A stretch of DNA of 64,000 bases from an uncultured virus (IMG/VR IMGVR_UViG_3300029288_000146) (IMGVR_UViG_3300029288_000146); one strand, 5' to 3'; counted from the first letter of the stretch, positions 50,995-61,755 are shown. Notes: generated by a model not told the origin, from the sequence alone. Numbers and translations: made by a program.

Positions 50995-51736
50995 CGCGCT
51001 TCCCCAGTCTCTGTAGTAATCCTTGGCTGTGGTCGATCCACCGCACGCCGATCTTCTGTAGGGCGGGTTCCCAGAAGTCCAGCAGGAAGTGGGCGGTATC
51101 GACAAAGAACCAGTTGGTCGTCAGCCCGAGGTATTTACACCGCATCTTGTTCCACAGTGGCTGGGGTCCGGCGATGGAGTTGTCATACCAATGGAGCTTG
51201 TCGAGGTCGTGGTAGCACAGGTCTACGCCGATGGTGTGGATTTCCGAACACCCGGCAATCGCCATCAGGTGCATGGCCCGCATGAGCGATCCACCGGTGC
51301 TGCTGGGGTGCTTGCCCGGCGTATGCACCATCGGGTAGCCGCCCCAAAGAGCATCGGCTTCCCGGGGATCGACGCCCTCCTTGAAACCGCGCGCTATCCA
51401 CTGGTAGCAGTTCTTGGCCTCCGGTGGCAGCGCACGGTACATCCGCCACCACACGAAACACGCGCGGGGAGCGGGGCGGGTTCCCACGAGATACCACCAG
51501 GGACACTTCGCCGAGCCCTTGTCCATCGCCAGCCAGTAGTCCAGGTGGTCGTTCATCTTCCCGATGGTCGCGTTAATGCCCACACGCAGCATGTTCGGCA
51601 TCCCGTGCCATTCGTTACCGCTGGGTCCGCCGGCGATGATTAGACAAGGCTTGCCCGTGTGCCGCCCGCGCATCCACGGCAGGGCATCCAACTCATCGGG
51701 GATCGTGATGGGTTCGTTGTTGACTGTGTAGCGCAT
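50987..51736 (-). CDS. Maf/MptE (DUF115)-like protein
   Basis: GRHTGKPCLIIAGGPS, GIN, AMHL..GCSEIHTIGVD. Confidence 0.7.
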   Translation of the reverse strand: MRYTVNNEPITIPDELDALPWMRGRHTGKPCLIIAGGPSGNEWHGMPNMLRVGINATIGKMNDHLDYWLAMDKGSAKCPWWYLVGTRPAPRACFVWWRMYRALPPEAKNCYQWIARGFKEGVDPREADALWGGYPMVHTPGKHPSSTGGSLMRAMHLMAIAGCSEIHTIGVDLCYHDLDKLHWYDNSIAGPQPLWNKMRCKYLGLTTNWFFVDTAHFLLDFWEPALQKIGVRWIDHSQGLLQRLGKRDV

Positions 51737-52423
51737 TTATGCCTGCGGTCTCGGTTTGCGTGCGTAGACTTCCATCATGTTCCCCGGCCACGCGAAGTCC
51801 GGCTTACCCTTGCCCCGGAGTAGCCGCACGAGGAACCGCCACGCATCCCGCAGCGGGTGCGCGTATGGCGTGCCGCTGTATGGATGCAGTATCTCGATAT
51901 CCACGAAGCCGAGTTGCTTGAGGACGTTCGCGAGCATCTTCCCGCTGAAGACCACGTAATTGAAGTCCGCACTCAGCGCCGGTAGGTCTTGGAACAGCCG
52001 GTAGATCAGCCCGCCGGCATCGGGTGTGGCGATGATTGCCAGGAGACCACCGGGGCGCAGGCGGGAGTAGGCGTCCTTGAGGGTTTCAATGGGGTCGGGG
52101 ACGTGCTGAAGGGAACCGCGCATTACCACACAGTCCATGACCATCCGGGGATCGAAGCGGAACACGATGCCCTTGCCTTCGGCGATCTGCTGGGCGTACA
52201 CACTGATCTCGCGGCCATACTTTTCCCAGCCGGTGAACCGCAGCAGGAAATCCCCGAGTCCGCAGCCGATGTCATAGACTCGCGGTTTCTTGATCTTCAC
52301 ATCCAGGCGTGCGGTTAGCCGCTTGTATTCGGCGTCCTGCATGGACGTGCGCCGGGGGTCGTCCTTGTAGGCGGCGAAATACTGCTCGCCATACAGTACC
52401 TGGGGGTCAGTATTGGGCATCAA
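51737..52423 (-). CDS. Class I SAM-dependent methyltransferase
   Basis: DIGCGLG, LQHVPDP and LRPGG...TP. Confidence 0.9.
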   Translation of the reverse strand: MMPNTDPQVLYGEQYFAAYKDDPRRTSMQDAEYKRLTARLDVKIKKPRVYDIGCGLGDFLLRFTGWEKYGREISVYAQQIAEGKGIVFRFDPRMVMDCVVMRGSLQHVPDPIETLKDAYSRLRPGGLLAIIATPDAGGLIYRLFQDLPALSADFNYVVFSGKMLANVLKQLGFVDIEILHPYSGTPYAHPLRDAWRFLVRLLRGKGKPDFAWPGNMMEVYARKPRPQA

Positions 52424-53678
52424 TCACTCCCTCTGAAAGCATGGTTTCTAGCCAGCGGCACAGGGTTCCGAAGGGAACGCCCGTGGTATGAGCGATTTCG
52501 CAGACGCTGTGGGTGCCATCCAGCATGTCGAGTACGTCGGCTTGCGCGAGGTTCAGAGCCCGATTGCTCCGCCAGTCACACCAGAGTCCGTGAGAGGACA
52601 GATGCACGGGGCCGCGCACGCGCGCTCGCGGGTAGAAGTCGGTATCGTAAGCCAACAGCAGGCGGAGCACGGCATCGCGTGCGTCTTCGAGAGCGCGGAC
52701 ATCCACACGCTCGGGGGTGTCCGCTGAAGTGTGGTATCCCCCGAAGGGTTGCTCCCCCTGCCTCCAGATTCCCCCACGATTGACGCCCACCATCGGCACG
52801 CCCACTCCGATGCTGTTAAACACACGGTCGTCGTTGCCGATGCCCTCACGATAGCGCAGCAGGCGGATGCCGCCATCCACGGCCAGCGCACGGGCGGCTG
52901 CGTCAATCCCAGAGTTGTAGGGACTGTGCTGGATGTTCAGGGGACCGTAACCGAGCATATCCAGGCACACGCCCGCAGTCATCAGCGGAAGGGCGTCTTC
53001 GTGCCGCGAGAGGTAGGCGATGCTCCCGATGGTTTCGGGAACCAGGAGGATACGGTAGCCGTGGCGATGGCGGGTCTGCTGTAGTTCAGAGGCTAGCGAC
53101 AGCAGCACCGCAACGCCCGTGAGGTTGTCATTGGCCTGGTAGGGGTGGCACAGGTGAGCCACGAGTACGACTTCCGATGGTTCACTTCCCGGCAGCAGAA
53201 TTTCGCCCACCAGACACGTCGAGTCGCTAAACTCCGCGTCAATGGAAACCCTGTAGAGCCCCGTGGAATACCGCAGACGATCTTTGTGGGGGATGCAGAA
53301 TCCCCAGCGTGGTTCGTAGTAGCTGAACTCGAAGGGGACGGCATCTGGAGCGTCTGGGCGTGAATGCAGGTGGGGGTCTAGTTCTTCGGCAGTCAAGGTG
53401 AGGCGAATGGGCTGGGAGTAGGACATCACGCTCAGGGGGTGATCAGTGGCGGTGTCCAGCAGGCGGTCGCCGTGGTCATTCTCAATCCACGCGCTGCGGA
53501 GTTGCCATGCCTGGGGGACCGTCCAATCCCAGGCGCGTGTCCCGCTGGCGTAGCTGTGGATTACGTATCCCGGGGTGCGAGCGGCGATCCAATGGTGGGC
53601 GTCGGCCAGGCCCGTGGAAACGATGTCCCGGCGGAGCGGGAATAGCGCATCCACGCAGGCTTCCCAGATGGCTTTCAC
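52407..53678 (-). CDS. DUF4910 aminopeptidase-like (M28 fold) protein
   Basis: DWTVPQAW, SYY...WGFC, HLCHP..ANDNLTG, PETIGSIAYL and YHTSAD. Confidence 0.88.
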   Translation of the reverse strand: MKAIWEACVDALFPLRRDIVSTGLADAHHWIAARTPGYVIHSYASGTRAWDWTVPQAWQLRSAWIENDHGDRLLDTATDHPLSVMSYSQPIRLTLTAEELDPHLHSRPDAPDAVPFEFSYYEPRWGFCIPHKDRLRYSTGLYRVSIDAEFSDSTCLVGEILLPGSEPSEVVLVAHLCHPYQANDNLTGVAVLLSLASELQQTRHRHGYRILLVPETIGSIAYLSRHEDALPLMTAGVCLDMLGYGPLNIQHSPYNSGIDAAARALAVDGGIRLLRYREGIGNDDRVFNSIGVGVPMVGVNRGGIWRQGEQPFGGYHTSADTPERVDVRALEDARDAVLRLLLAYDTDFYPRARVRGPVHLSSHGLWCDWRSNRALNLAQADVLDMLDGTHSVCEIAHTTGVPFGTLCRWLETMLSEGVIDAQY

Positions 53679-53815
53679 TTGCGCTTCGCCCGCCGTGCTT
53701 GATCTGCTTTGATTGCCCGTCCCTGTCGCGCTGCTGCTGCCTTACCACCGCGCCCACGGTAGACCTTCCCGTGGGTTCCCCACCGATACCCGCCGCTTAC
53801 ACGTTTAACCGGCAT
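53675..53815 (-). CDS. Small basic phage protein
   Basis: MPVKRVSGGYRWG..GKVY....A.RQGRAI. Confidence 0.6.
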   Translation of the reverse strand: MPVKRVSGGYRWGTHGKVYRGRGGKAAAARQGRAIKADQARRAKRK

Positions 53816-54768
53816 GGTGTCCCCCTTTGTTTCAGCCAGGCGGCATTGACGAACAGCGCATCCCGCCAATCGGGTATCCGCCCGCTGAGTACCAGCAGCG
53901 CCAGTTCCCGCGCTGCGTCCTCAATCGTGCATAGCGGTTCCGGGAGGATGAGGCCAAGGAGTTTGGCAGCGGAAGTATCGACGTGGTAGTTACGGGGGTC
54001 GTCGGCCGGTCTCTCGTCAAGGACGATGTGGAGTGGTTCAAGGGTTTCAGCTATCCGCGCGGCTGCGTCTCCAAGGGTTGCGTTCTCGCTGGCGATGTTG
54101 TAGGTTCCCGGTGGGATGCGGTAATTCAGGGCTTGGCAAACCGCATAGGCGAGGTCGCGGATGGATGCCCAGGGACGCCACTGCTCGCCACCACAAACGT
54201 CAATGACTCCCCGCGCGGCTCCGCGCACGGCCATGCGGTTGATGGCTAAATCCAACCGTGGGCGGCAGAATCCCAGTGGGGCTCCGAATGCCGTGCCGAA
54301 CCGCAGGATAACAGCATCGTGATTGTGCATCAGTGGTTCGGCGGCCAGCTTCAGGCGCGCGTATTCACTCAGGGGGTCGCATGGTGAAGCCTCGTTGAGC
54401 AGGCCGTCCTGGTAGCCGTAGACGCTACACGAGGAAGCGAAGACCAACCGCTGGTGAGTGTAGGGATGCGCGGCGAGGTGGTGTTCGAGTGCGTGGTAAT
54501 TGATAGCCAGGGTTGCGTGGGGGTCTACTTGGCAAGCGGCATCGCCAACAATGGCAGCCAGCCAGATTGTCGCGTCACACTCGGCAGCTAGGGCGGAAAG
54601 TCGCGGGGTGTCCCGGATGTCACCGTACACGAAAGACGCACCAGCAGCCGGGTAGTAGCTGTGGTACGTCAGGTTATCGTAGACAATCGGGACGTGTCCC
54701 CGCGATCTCAGTTCCTCAACCACGGCGCTGCCGATGTAACCCGCGCCGCCCGTGACCAGAACTCTCAT
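53797..54768 (-). CDS. NAD-dependent sugar epimerase/dehydratase (extended SDR)
   Basis: VTGGAGYIGS, ASSCSVYG and YARLK. Confidence 0.92.
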   Translation of the reverse strand: MRVLVTGGAGYIGSAVVEELRSRGHVPIVYDNLTYHSYYPAAGASFVYGDIRDTPRLSALAAECDATIWLAAIVGDAACQVDPHATLAINYHALEHHLAAHPYTHQRLVFASSCSVYGYQDGLLNEASPCDPLSEYARLKLAAEPLMHNHDAVILRFGTAFGAPLGFCRPRLDLAINRMAVRGAARGVIDVCGGEQWRPWASIRDLAYAVCQALNYRIPPGTYNIASENATLGDAAARIAETLEPLHIVLDERPADDPRNYHVDTSAAKLLGLILPEPLCTIEDAARELALLVLSGRIPDWRDALFVNAAWLKQRGTPCRLNV

Positions 54769-55152
54769 CTACCCTATAACTTACGGACTACTTTCCCCCG
54801 TAGTAAGCCAGGATTTCCGCCAGCATCAGGCGGATTTTTTTAATGGTACACAGCTTGATTAAAAGCTGCTTTAACGCATCCTTCCCCAGCCGCTCGATCA
54901 GCTTCCAGATGTCGAGTGCTTCGGGGGTGATGTTGCGCTTAACGTCCTTGACGGCGCGCTCGATGTCCTTCCAAATGCTCATGTGGTTACTCCTGGCGCA
55001 TATTGCGCAACTGCATTTCAACATCTTCCAGTGCGCGGAGATAGGCAGAGCGCATAGCTTCATCGAGCTGCGCTTGGGTATAGCTCCGAGCAGTCGCTTC
55101 GGCTGTCACATCGCCCCCATTGGGGCGGTTGTCTCTATCTGTCGTCATGTGG

Positions 55153-55857
55153 TTACTCCTTCGCCGTGGTAACGGCGGGTGTCTCAAATAGCGTTTTCGC
55201 GCTACGCTCAATCTTTAGCGGCGGACTGATATAGCCGCTACGATCCCAGATGGAATTACTCTCGTAATCCCGCGTCTTCAGGGCGTGGATGAATCCGCGA
55301 TGTATGGCGGGAGCCGGGAGGGCTTTGATGAGGATGTCAACGGCGGCGGTCTTGGTGGCGCTCCGCTTTAGGGGAATGCCGTGATGAAGGGCAAGGTCAA
55401 TGACTTCTTCCCGCCACATCGCCGCCAAGCGCCAACAGGGGTCAAGGTCGCCCTTCCCGTGGGTGTACCAAGGGGCGGGTGTGAACTTCGGCCAACTACT
55501 CAGCTCAATGCCGCTTCCCCCCTCTCTGGCTTCAACTTCATGCGCCCATTGCACATATGAACTGCCGTGATCGTTGAGCGCCTTCTTTGCTTGGGCGGCC
55601 AGGGATTCCGCATAAACCACCACGACATTGCCCGCAAAGTGCCAATACCACTGACACTGTCTCTTCCACCGCTCGCCGAAGCTGTCACCCTCGCCCTTGA
55701 TCTCGTAAACCACCAGACTCTGCTCGAAAACCACAAGGACATCCGCGCGCACATCCCCCAGCGGGAACTCGCAGATAATCCGCGTGTCGCTCATGTTGTA
55801 GGTTTCCCTACACCTAGCGACCACGGCTGCGGTTATCTCGCTGGCGGTTAGTCCCAT
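55153..55857 (-). CDS. sce7726-like PD-(D/E)XK protein
   Basis: EF....RADV....YEIKGEGD...R...Q...Y. Confidence 0.7.
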   Translation of the reverse strand: MGLTASEITAAVVARCRETYNMSDTRIICEFPLGDVRADVLVVFEQSLVVYEIKGEGDSFGERWKRQCQWYWHFAGNVVVVYAESLAAQAKKALNDHGSSYVQWAHEVEAREGGSGIELSSWPKFTPAPWYTHGKGDLDPCWRLAAMWREEVIDLALHHGIPLKRSATKTAAVDILIKALPAPAIHRGFIHALKTRDYESNSIWDRSGYISPPLKIERSAKTLFETPAVTTAKE

Positions 55858-56420
55858 GTGGTTACTCCTTGTCAGTTGTGGTACGGGTGCTGTAAGTGAC
55901 GGTGAATGTGTACGGGTTGCTCGGCCAGTGTTCATAGGTGATCTGATCCGGCCAGGGTGGATAGATGCCCCACCAGGGATAGGGATAGTAGGGGACGGGG
56001 TATGGCCGGATGGGTTCGGCGACCAACTCCCCAGACTGCGGTTCCGGGTCGCCCTCGCTGTATTCGCAGCCGCAGTCCCGGCAGCACCACGTAGTGACGG
56101 GCGAGACCATGCTAACAGCTATCGTGTATATGTTCTCCGATCCACACTCAGGACATGGCGGTCTGTGATTGCTGCCGTGTTTCATGATGGTGATTGGCAT
56201 GTGGTTACTCCTCATCCCATTGCATCTGTGCTAGATAACCAGCATGGCAGAAAGTGGCGGTTGAGGCACACGTAACCACCCAGGTATAACCCTCCTTCCC
56301 GCAGTCGCAATCGTCATGCCGCGCCTGTGGATATGTCCGCATGCAGTACATATCCCCGCAATGCAGCACCGTCCCTACTGGCATCGCGTTTAGTTCGTCT
56401 TCCGTATAACGTCGCACGCC

Positions 56421-57044
56421 TTACTCCTTCACGCAAAATGCGCTGTTACGTTTGAACTGTGGTATCCGCCCCACCTCAGCGGGTGAGTACGTCTGCGGCT
56501 TGACCTCGCTCATCACCAGTCGCCCGCCGCGTACCACCATCAGCTCCGGTGGCACGATCCCCATGTACATCAGCAGGTCGATCACGGCTTGCGAGCAGAA
56601 CATGGCATGGCGGCTGCGGTATCCGCTGAATAGGCTGGTGACGGCGAAGGGTAGGCCAAGGTAGCTGTAACCCCACGTTACGTGGTCATTCCACCAGTGC
56701 GCCCACTTCTTGTGGTTCCACTCGTACCGCTCACTCAACGGGTAACAATCGACCGCCCCAGGATATGCAGCAAGACGCGTGGTTAGGGGAGCGGCATGGA
56801 TACCCGGCCTGCCAGCATAAAACTCCACAACCGCAAGCCGGTCAAACATCTGGCACACCATCGCCGCATGGACGTACTGCCAGTAGCCGTCTGGTTGCGG
56901 GCCGGATGACTTGATGAGCTGGCAGATGGCGATGCACCAGTGGGCGAGCCAGGTGGTTATGCCACGGATGCCGTAGCCGTGGAGTGCTTGGCGTAGGGTC
57001 AGGCGGCGAAAGAGGAGCAGGGAGCCGGGGGTGGGGGTGGTCAT
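56421..57044 (-). CDS. Permuted papain-like (YiiX/NlpC-P60) enzyme
   Basis: PGSLLLF, HAAMV, Y and FCSQ in permuted order. Confidence 0.7.
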   Translation of the reverse strand: MTTPTPGSLLLFRRLTLRQALHGYGIRGITTWLAHWCIAICQLIKSSGPQPDGYWQYVHAAMVCQMFDRLAVVEFYAGRPGIHAAPLTTRLAAYPGAVDCYPLSERYEWNHKKWAHWWNDHVTWGYSYLGLPFAVTSLFSGYRSRHAMFCSQAVIDLLMYMGIVPPELMVVRGGRLVMSEVKPQTYSPAEVGRIPQFKRNSAFCVKE

Positions 57045-57702
57045 GCTGGCAATCCCCTGAGTCTGCCGATTACCTCTAGGGCGTCGGGGAGTCCGGGGAA
57101 GGGTAGCAGCACGGATTCATCAACGTGGCTCATGCCCTCATTCACAACCCAAATGTAGTGTCCAAAATCCGTCTCCGGGCCTTGGCAGGTGTCGCTGGTG
57201 AGGATGCACACCTTGCCGTGCAGCCAACTACCAGGCAAATCGCAGATGTACAACTTGCCCACTTTGAGGTTTGCGTTCATGGTTGCTCCCCGCCGCCGAG
57301 TTTCGCCAGCAGCTTATTGATCTTCTTTAGCAGCTTGAGGATTAACTGACGGTCTTCGGGTGCCAGTCGGTATTCGTAGACTTCCAAGTCTTTGATGCCG
57401 ATGGATGGTATGGTGTCGTAAGGAGCGGGTACTGGTGTGGTGTCAAAAGGTGGTCTGCTCGGGATACCCACTCCATAGGCAACGGTGAAATTACTCATAG
57501 CCGCTCCTTCCGCGAGTCCATGCAGATTGTTGTGGCCTCAACCGTCAACGCCAAGGCGTCTCGTGGAGACCTATCCGCCCGCACGTAATGCCCATAGGCC
57601 GGGGCGTAAGCATCGCAGTACCAAATCTGCTCATCGAAGTCATAGTGCAAGTGGTACTGCCAGGAATGCGATCCTTCACACTTGTTGGGTCTGCTGGTCT
57701 TT

Positions 57703-58428
57703 TTACTCATACATGAACTCCAGGTTCGCCCGTTCATACTGGTTCGGCCGGGGTTGCAGCGCCCTGTACACCATCATTCCGGGTGTGGTTCCCGTCCGGT
57801 CGTCATTCAGCCCGCCCCACCAATGCCCGCCCTCGTGCCAGTTGATGATGTCCCACACCTTGCGGGCGGCAATCGGCCAGTCAGTCCGGCCAGCAGCGGC
57901 GTAGTCAGCTCGTAACTGCTCGATGGTGTAGACGTTCAGGTGACACTCAGCGCCACGCATGACGCGGTTCTTCACGTTGGCATAGACGATGCCGTTGTAA
58001 CTGGTTCCCGCTGCGGGTGCGGTGGAGCTGGTGATTTTCGCGCCGGTGCGGAAGTCGTCTGTGAACTGCCGACAAGCGGATGTGGATCGCGGCCACTTCT
58101 GGCAGTAGAAATGGATCGCTACGTCAGCGGTCTCGGGGTTGTCCACCTGGATGATGTCAAGGCCGATGTCGCGTGCGTAGACCTTGATATCCTCAAGGTG
58201 GCCCTGGGTCTCGCACATGGCGAACTGGAGCGATATGGGGTCGGGCGTGGTCTCGCCGTAGCACTTGGTTGTGTCAAGGTAGACCGAGATCGAGTCCGAT
58301 GTCCAACAGCCAACAGGTTCAGGAACGCGGTCAGGGTATGGGCGGGAATCCCAATCGAGGCCGGTTCCGCCGGATGGACAGCCGCGCAGTATCACCAGAA
58401 ACGCGAATAAGGAAAGCGTTATTCGCAT
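57703..58428 (-). CDS. Secreted/lipoprotein zinc metalloprotease
   Basis: Signal peptide with Cys; HEGGHWWG and Met-turn GMM. Confidence 0.7.
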   Translation of the reverse strand: MRITLSLFAFLVILRGCPSGGTGLDWDSRPYPDRVPEPVGCWTSDSISVYLDTTKCYGETTPDPISLQFAMCETQGHLEDIKVYARDIGLDIIQVDNPETADVAIHFYCQKWPRSTSACRQFTDDFRTGAKITSSTAPAAGTSYNGIVYANVKNRVMRGAECHLNVYTIEQLRADYAAAGRTDWPIAARKVWDIINWHEGGHWWGGLNDDRTGTTPGMMVYRALQPRPNQYERANLEFMYE

Positions 58429-58453
58429 TTGGGCCTCCGGATGAGAATAAGAT

Positions 58454-58951
58454 TCATCGCTCCCCCCTGATCTCTTGGTACTCCCGCTTCGCCCGGCCAC
58501 GTACCGACCACGGTTTCCAGCCTTGCGCGGCAAAGAGAATGCAGCCGAACAGCAGCCGGTCGGGCTCACTATCGAAGTCGAGCCCCATATCCCGCATGGC
58601 CTCTCGATGCAGCGGGTGTATTTGGATGAGTCCGGCGCAGTGAGTGGATGGATTGATGGACGCGGGATCGAGCGTGGATTCGTACCGCGCAATGACCGCG
58701 AACATCAGGGGGTCAAGGTTCCCGCCATGGCGTTCGCAAGCTGTTGTGAGCATCCGGGCGATGGATTCGGCTTGTTCGGGATACCGGGCGTGGGCGGCGA
58801 TGTAGTTGATGAGGGTGCGGTCGGGTGCGGGATCGGCAAGCCGCTCAGCTCGCGATGTGATTCCCCGCCATGCGTCATGCGCGGCCTCTCTCACACGGAG
58901 TTCTCCGCTGGTCATCACCAGACACGCGCACAACGCCAGTCCTTTCCACAT
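58454..58951 (-). CDS. SLT lytic transglycosylase
   Basis: AVIARYES....A......AGLIQI; N-terminal hydrophobic anchor. Confidence 0.8.
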   Translation of the reverse strand: MWKGLALCACLVMTSGELRVREAAHDAWRGITSRAERLADPAPDRTLINYIAAHARYPEQAESIARMLTTACERHGGNLDPLMFAVIARYESTLDPASINPSTHCAGLIQIHPLHREAMRDMGLDFDSEPDRLLFGCILFAAQGWKPWSVRGRAKREYQEIRGER

Positions 58952-59329
58952 CACGGTCTGTAACTTACGGTGGCATCCCCCTTGTTTTAGGGGTGTCTGA
59001 GTCCGCTTATCTTCTGGTATAGCAGCACCACCAGGGCGAGCAACACAAGGACGGCGCACCACCAGGGAGCCAGTGGGTCATGGGACGCGCGGTCAACGAC
59101 CAGTTGCGTCAGCATGGCTTGGGGAATCCCATGCGCGACGGGTGTTCGGTGTCGTCGTCATGGTAGACGCTTTCGGGGTCGCCGTCCGGGCCTAGATCGG
59201 CCATCCCCGCGCAACCCGGAGCTATGGCGTTGTCATCGTGTTGGGGAACGCCGCCGTCGTCAATCTGGATCATGCGCGCATCCGGGTCGATGGTGATTGC
59301 CACGTCGCCCACGTCAATCCTTACGACTG

Positions 59330-59590
59330 TCATTGCTCCCCCCTCATGTCCGGCGGTTTCCACCGGATGCTGTACCGGCTGGCTGTGAGGCCGAGGATGC
59401 CCACGAGGTAAACCGTGGTCAGCTCCCAGCCCGGTGTCCATTCAGGGTTGCAGATTCGACAGGCCGTCCATGCCAGCGGACAGACCAGCGCCAGGAACAC
59501 TAGCGCGAAATCCAGAGCTGCACCCGCAAGAGGACTAGGCCGAGTACCATTAGACCCGCCCCCCCGTATGCCAGACTTATTTGTAACCAT
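59330..59590 (-). CDS. Putative holin (2 TM)
   Basis: Two hydrophobic helices, between tail genes and SLT. Confidence 0.45.
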   Translation of the reverse strand: MVTNKSGIRGGGSNGTRPSPLAGAALDFALVFLALVCPLAWTACRICNPEWTPGWELTTVYLVGILGLTASRYSIRWKPPDMRGEQ

Positions 59591-59614
59591 CCCTCCATCT
59601 CTCCCCCGCTTGTA

Positions 59615-61093
59615 TTAGTCAACCCAGATTTCGACTGCCATCCAGTCGATATCTACGAACGTGTCGAACCTGTCCATATCGCTGGCAAGCGCCACGCCCT
59701 GCGCGTCCAAGAAGATGCGCAGGTTGTTGGTCCAGCCCCCCACGTCGGTTCCTGCTGCCGCTATCGTTACCTCCTGCCATGTGTTGTCCGCCACGGCGGC
59801 TTTCACATCCGCACTAACGACCTTGCATGTGTTGTCGCCGCTGCCGTCACAGAGGCCCAGCTTGACGCTGGTGAAGTGCGCGTTGTCGCTGAGACGAATG
59901 CGCGCCTTGGCGATGATCCGGCAGTTACCCGCACGGTCGCTGCCGTCGCCGAACTTACGGAAACTCGCGCACACCAGCAGGTCGGATTGCACGCAGGTTT
60001 CCGCCCCGTCGTTTCGCATGGCTGTCCATGCCCAGTCGCCGTGGCAATCATCGACTTGGGTATTGGCGCGGTCGTAGGTAATCACCGGGGTTGCCATGAT
60101 CGGCGCCACGCCGGTCACACGGGCGGTGCCGGACTGGTCTTCGCGCCAGGAGCAGGTGCTTCCGTTGCCGGGGTTGACGACCGCTTGGGCTGCGAGCATC
60201 GGGCCAGTCCATGTCATTTTCGTCTGGCAAGTCAGGTCGTGAACATTGCCGCCCTCGTCGGTGAGGAATAGCTTGTGGTCTTCCCATGCGTTGGCGCTGG
60301 CGTCAGCAAGGAATACGCGGCCATCGGCTGACGCTGGGGATGCGGGGTGGGCGGATTGCTGAAAGAAGTCTCCCCAAGCACCAATTTTGGTACGGTCGAA
60401 GTATCCGCCATAGGCAACGTTGTGATTACTGCCCGTTGCTCCCCGGACTCCATATCCCTGGCCCGTGACGTGGTTATGTAACCCATACACGCCCATCCCG
60501 CCCGTTGCGTCAGTGACTCCGTATACCCCCCCACCATCAGAGGAATCGGGGTGATCCTGTTCTCCACGCACGCCATAACTTACGTTCTGATCGGCGGTCG
60601 TGAGACCAAGGATGGCTGGCCCCGCCGCCGAACTGCTGGTAATGTTGACTACATCATTCGCCGTCGCCGGACTCAATGTGGTTCCGGTGCGCGACCAGGC
60701 CGTGTTGATCGTCACGGTGTCGGTAGCGGTGACTGGCGTGCTGAGAATACCAGTACCAGCGGCAATCGTGATTGTGTTGCCATCGTCTAGTTGCTCGGAA
60801 CCCGATGAGCCCGCGAGATGCAGGTGGGTCAAGCCCCCAGCAGCGGCCCATGACGTATTCCCGCTGCCGTCGGTCTTCAGGAACTGGTTGGCGTCGCCGT
60901 CGTTCGCGGGTAACGTGAAAGACCAGGAGGCATCGAGCGCCGGGAGGTCGATGGTAACAGCATTTCCGGCGGCGTCGTAGATGGTAATGGTTCCGGCGGT
61001 CTTGGATATGTTTTCCGTGGTGTCATCGCCCACATGGAAATGGCCACTGGCGACAACCACCGGGGAACCTTCGATGTAATTAGGATCAGGCAT
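59615..61093 (-). CDS. Tail fibre / receptor-binding protein
   Basis: FTLPANDG...QFLKTDGSG..SW motif, GVYG repeats, globular C-terminus. Confidence 0.8.
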   Translation of the reverse strand: MPDPNYIEGSPVVVASGHFHVGDDTTENISKTAGTITIYDAAGNAVTIDLPALDASWSFTLPANDGDANQFLKTDGSGNTSWAAAGGLTHLHLAGSSGSEQLDDGNTITIAAGTGILSTPVTATDTVTINTAWSRTGTTLSPATANDVVNITSSSAAGPAILGLTTADQNVSYGVRGEQDHPDSSDGGGVYGVTDATGGMGVYGLHNHVTGQGYGVRGATGSNHNVAYGGYFDRTKIGAWGDFFQQSAHPASPASADGRVFLADASANAWEDHKLFLTDEGGNVHDLTCQTKMTWTGPMLAAQAVVNPGNGSTCSWREDQSGTARVTGVAPIMATPVITYDRANTQVDDCHGDWAWTAMRNDGAETCVQSDLLVCASFRKFGDGSDRAGNCRIIAKARIRLSDNAHFTSVKLGLCDGSGDNTCKVVSADVKAAVADNTWQEVTIAAAGTDVGGWTNNLRIFLDAQGVALASDMDRFDTFVDIDWMAVEIWVD

Positions 61094-61746
61094 TAGCTCG
61101 CCACCTCAAAGTAAGTAACCCGGAAATCACACGCCGCGCCTCTATCGGCGGTTGTCACCTTCAAGCGCACATTGCCGCTATCGACATCCGCAGTCAAACC
61201 CGTACCATCTACTAGCGGCCTGCCATCCCCCATCATCTTCCGTTCCCAGCCAATCACATGCGCGGCCGTGGCATAAGCAACGACCGTGCAGCGCCCGCCC
61301 TCAACGTAGTTCATCCCCCCGGACGCCGTGGCGGCGCTGTAGGCTAGCTGGAAGGTCATTGATGTGTTGATATCTCCCAAGGTGATGTTTGTGGTGGTGT
61401 TGTTGGCGCAGGACTCATCAAGGCGCGCAAGGATGGGACCGCTGTAGCCGTACTCGAATCCCGCATCCCCCGAGACTTCCGATGTTTCGGTCAGGGTCAG
61501 CGGGCTCGCGGCGCGAAGCACGATATCCCCGGTGCGTTCGGTGCCGCCGTCGGTCTTCCGCAGGGATAACACTCCGCTGTTGGGAACCGCACTGACACCC
61601 CCACCGCCACCCGACGCTCTGCCACCGGCCGCTCCCCGAAGATCGGCGCTGATCTTCTTGCGTTTGAACAGCGCATTGAAGCGGTCGTCAATCATCCGCG
61701 CGATCCGCGCCGCGTCCCCCTCAAACACTCTCCCGCGCTCGCCCAC
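61093..61746 (-). CDS. Tail-associated structural protein
   Basis: GVLSL....RTGDIVL motif; position in tail module. Confidence 0.6.
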   Translation of the reverse strand: MGERGRVFEGDAARIARMIDDRFNALFKRKKISADLRGAAGGRASGGGGGVSAVPNSGVLSLRKTDGGTERTGDIVLRAASPLTLTETSEVSGDAGFEYGYSGPILARLDESCANNTTTNITLGDINTSMTFQLAYSAATASGGMNYVEGGRCTVVAYATAAHVIGWERKMMGDGRPLVDGTGLTADVDSGNVRLKVTTADRGAACDFRVTYFEVAS

Positions 61747-61755
61747 TCTCCCCCC

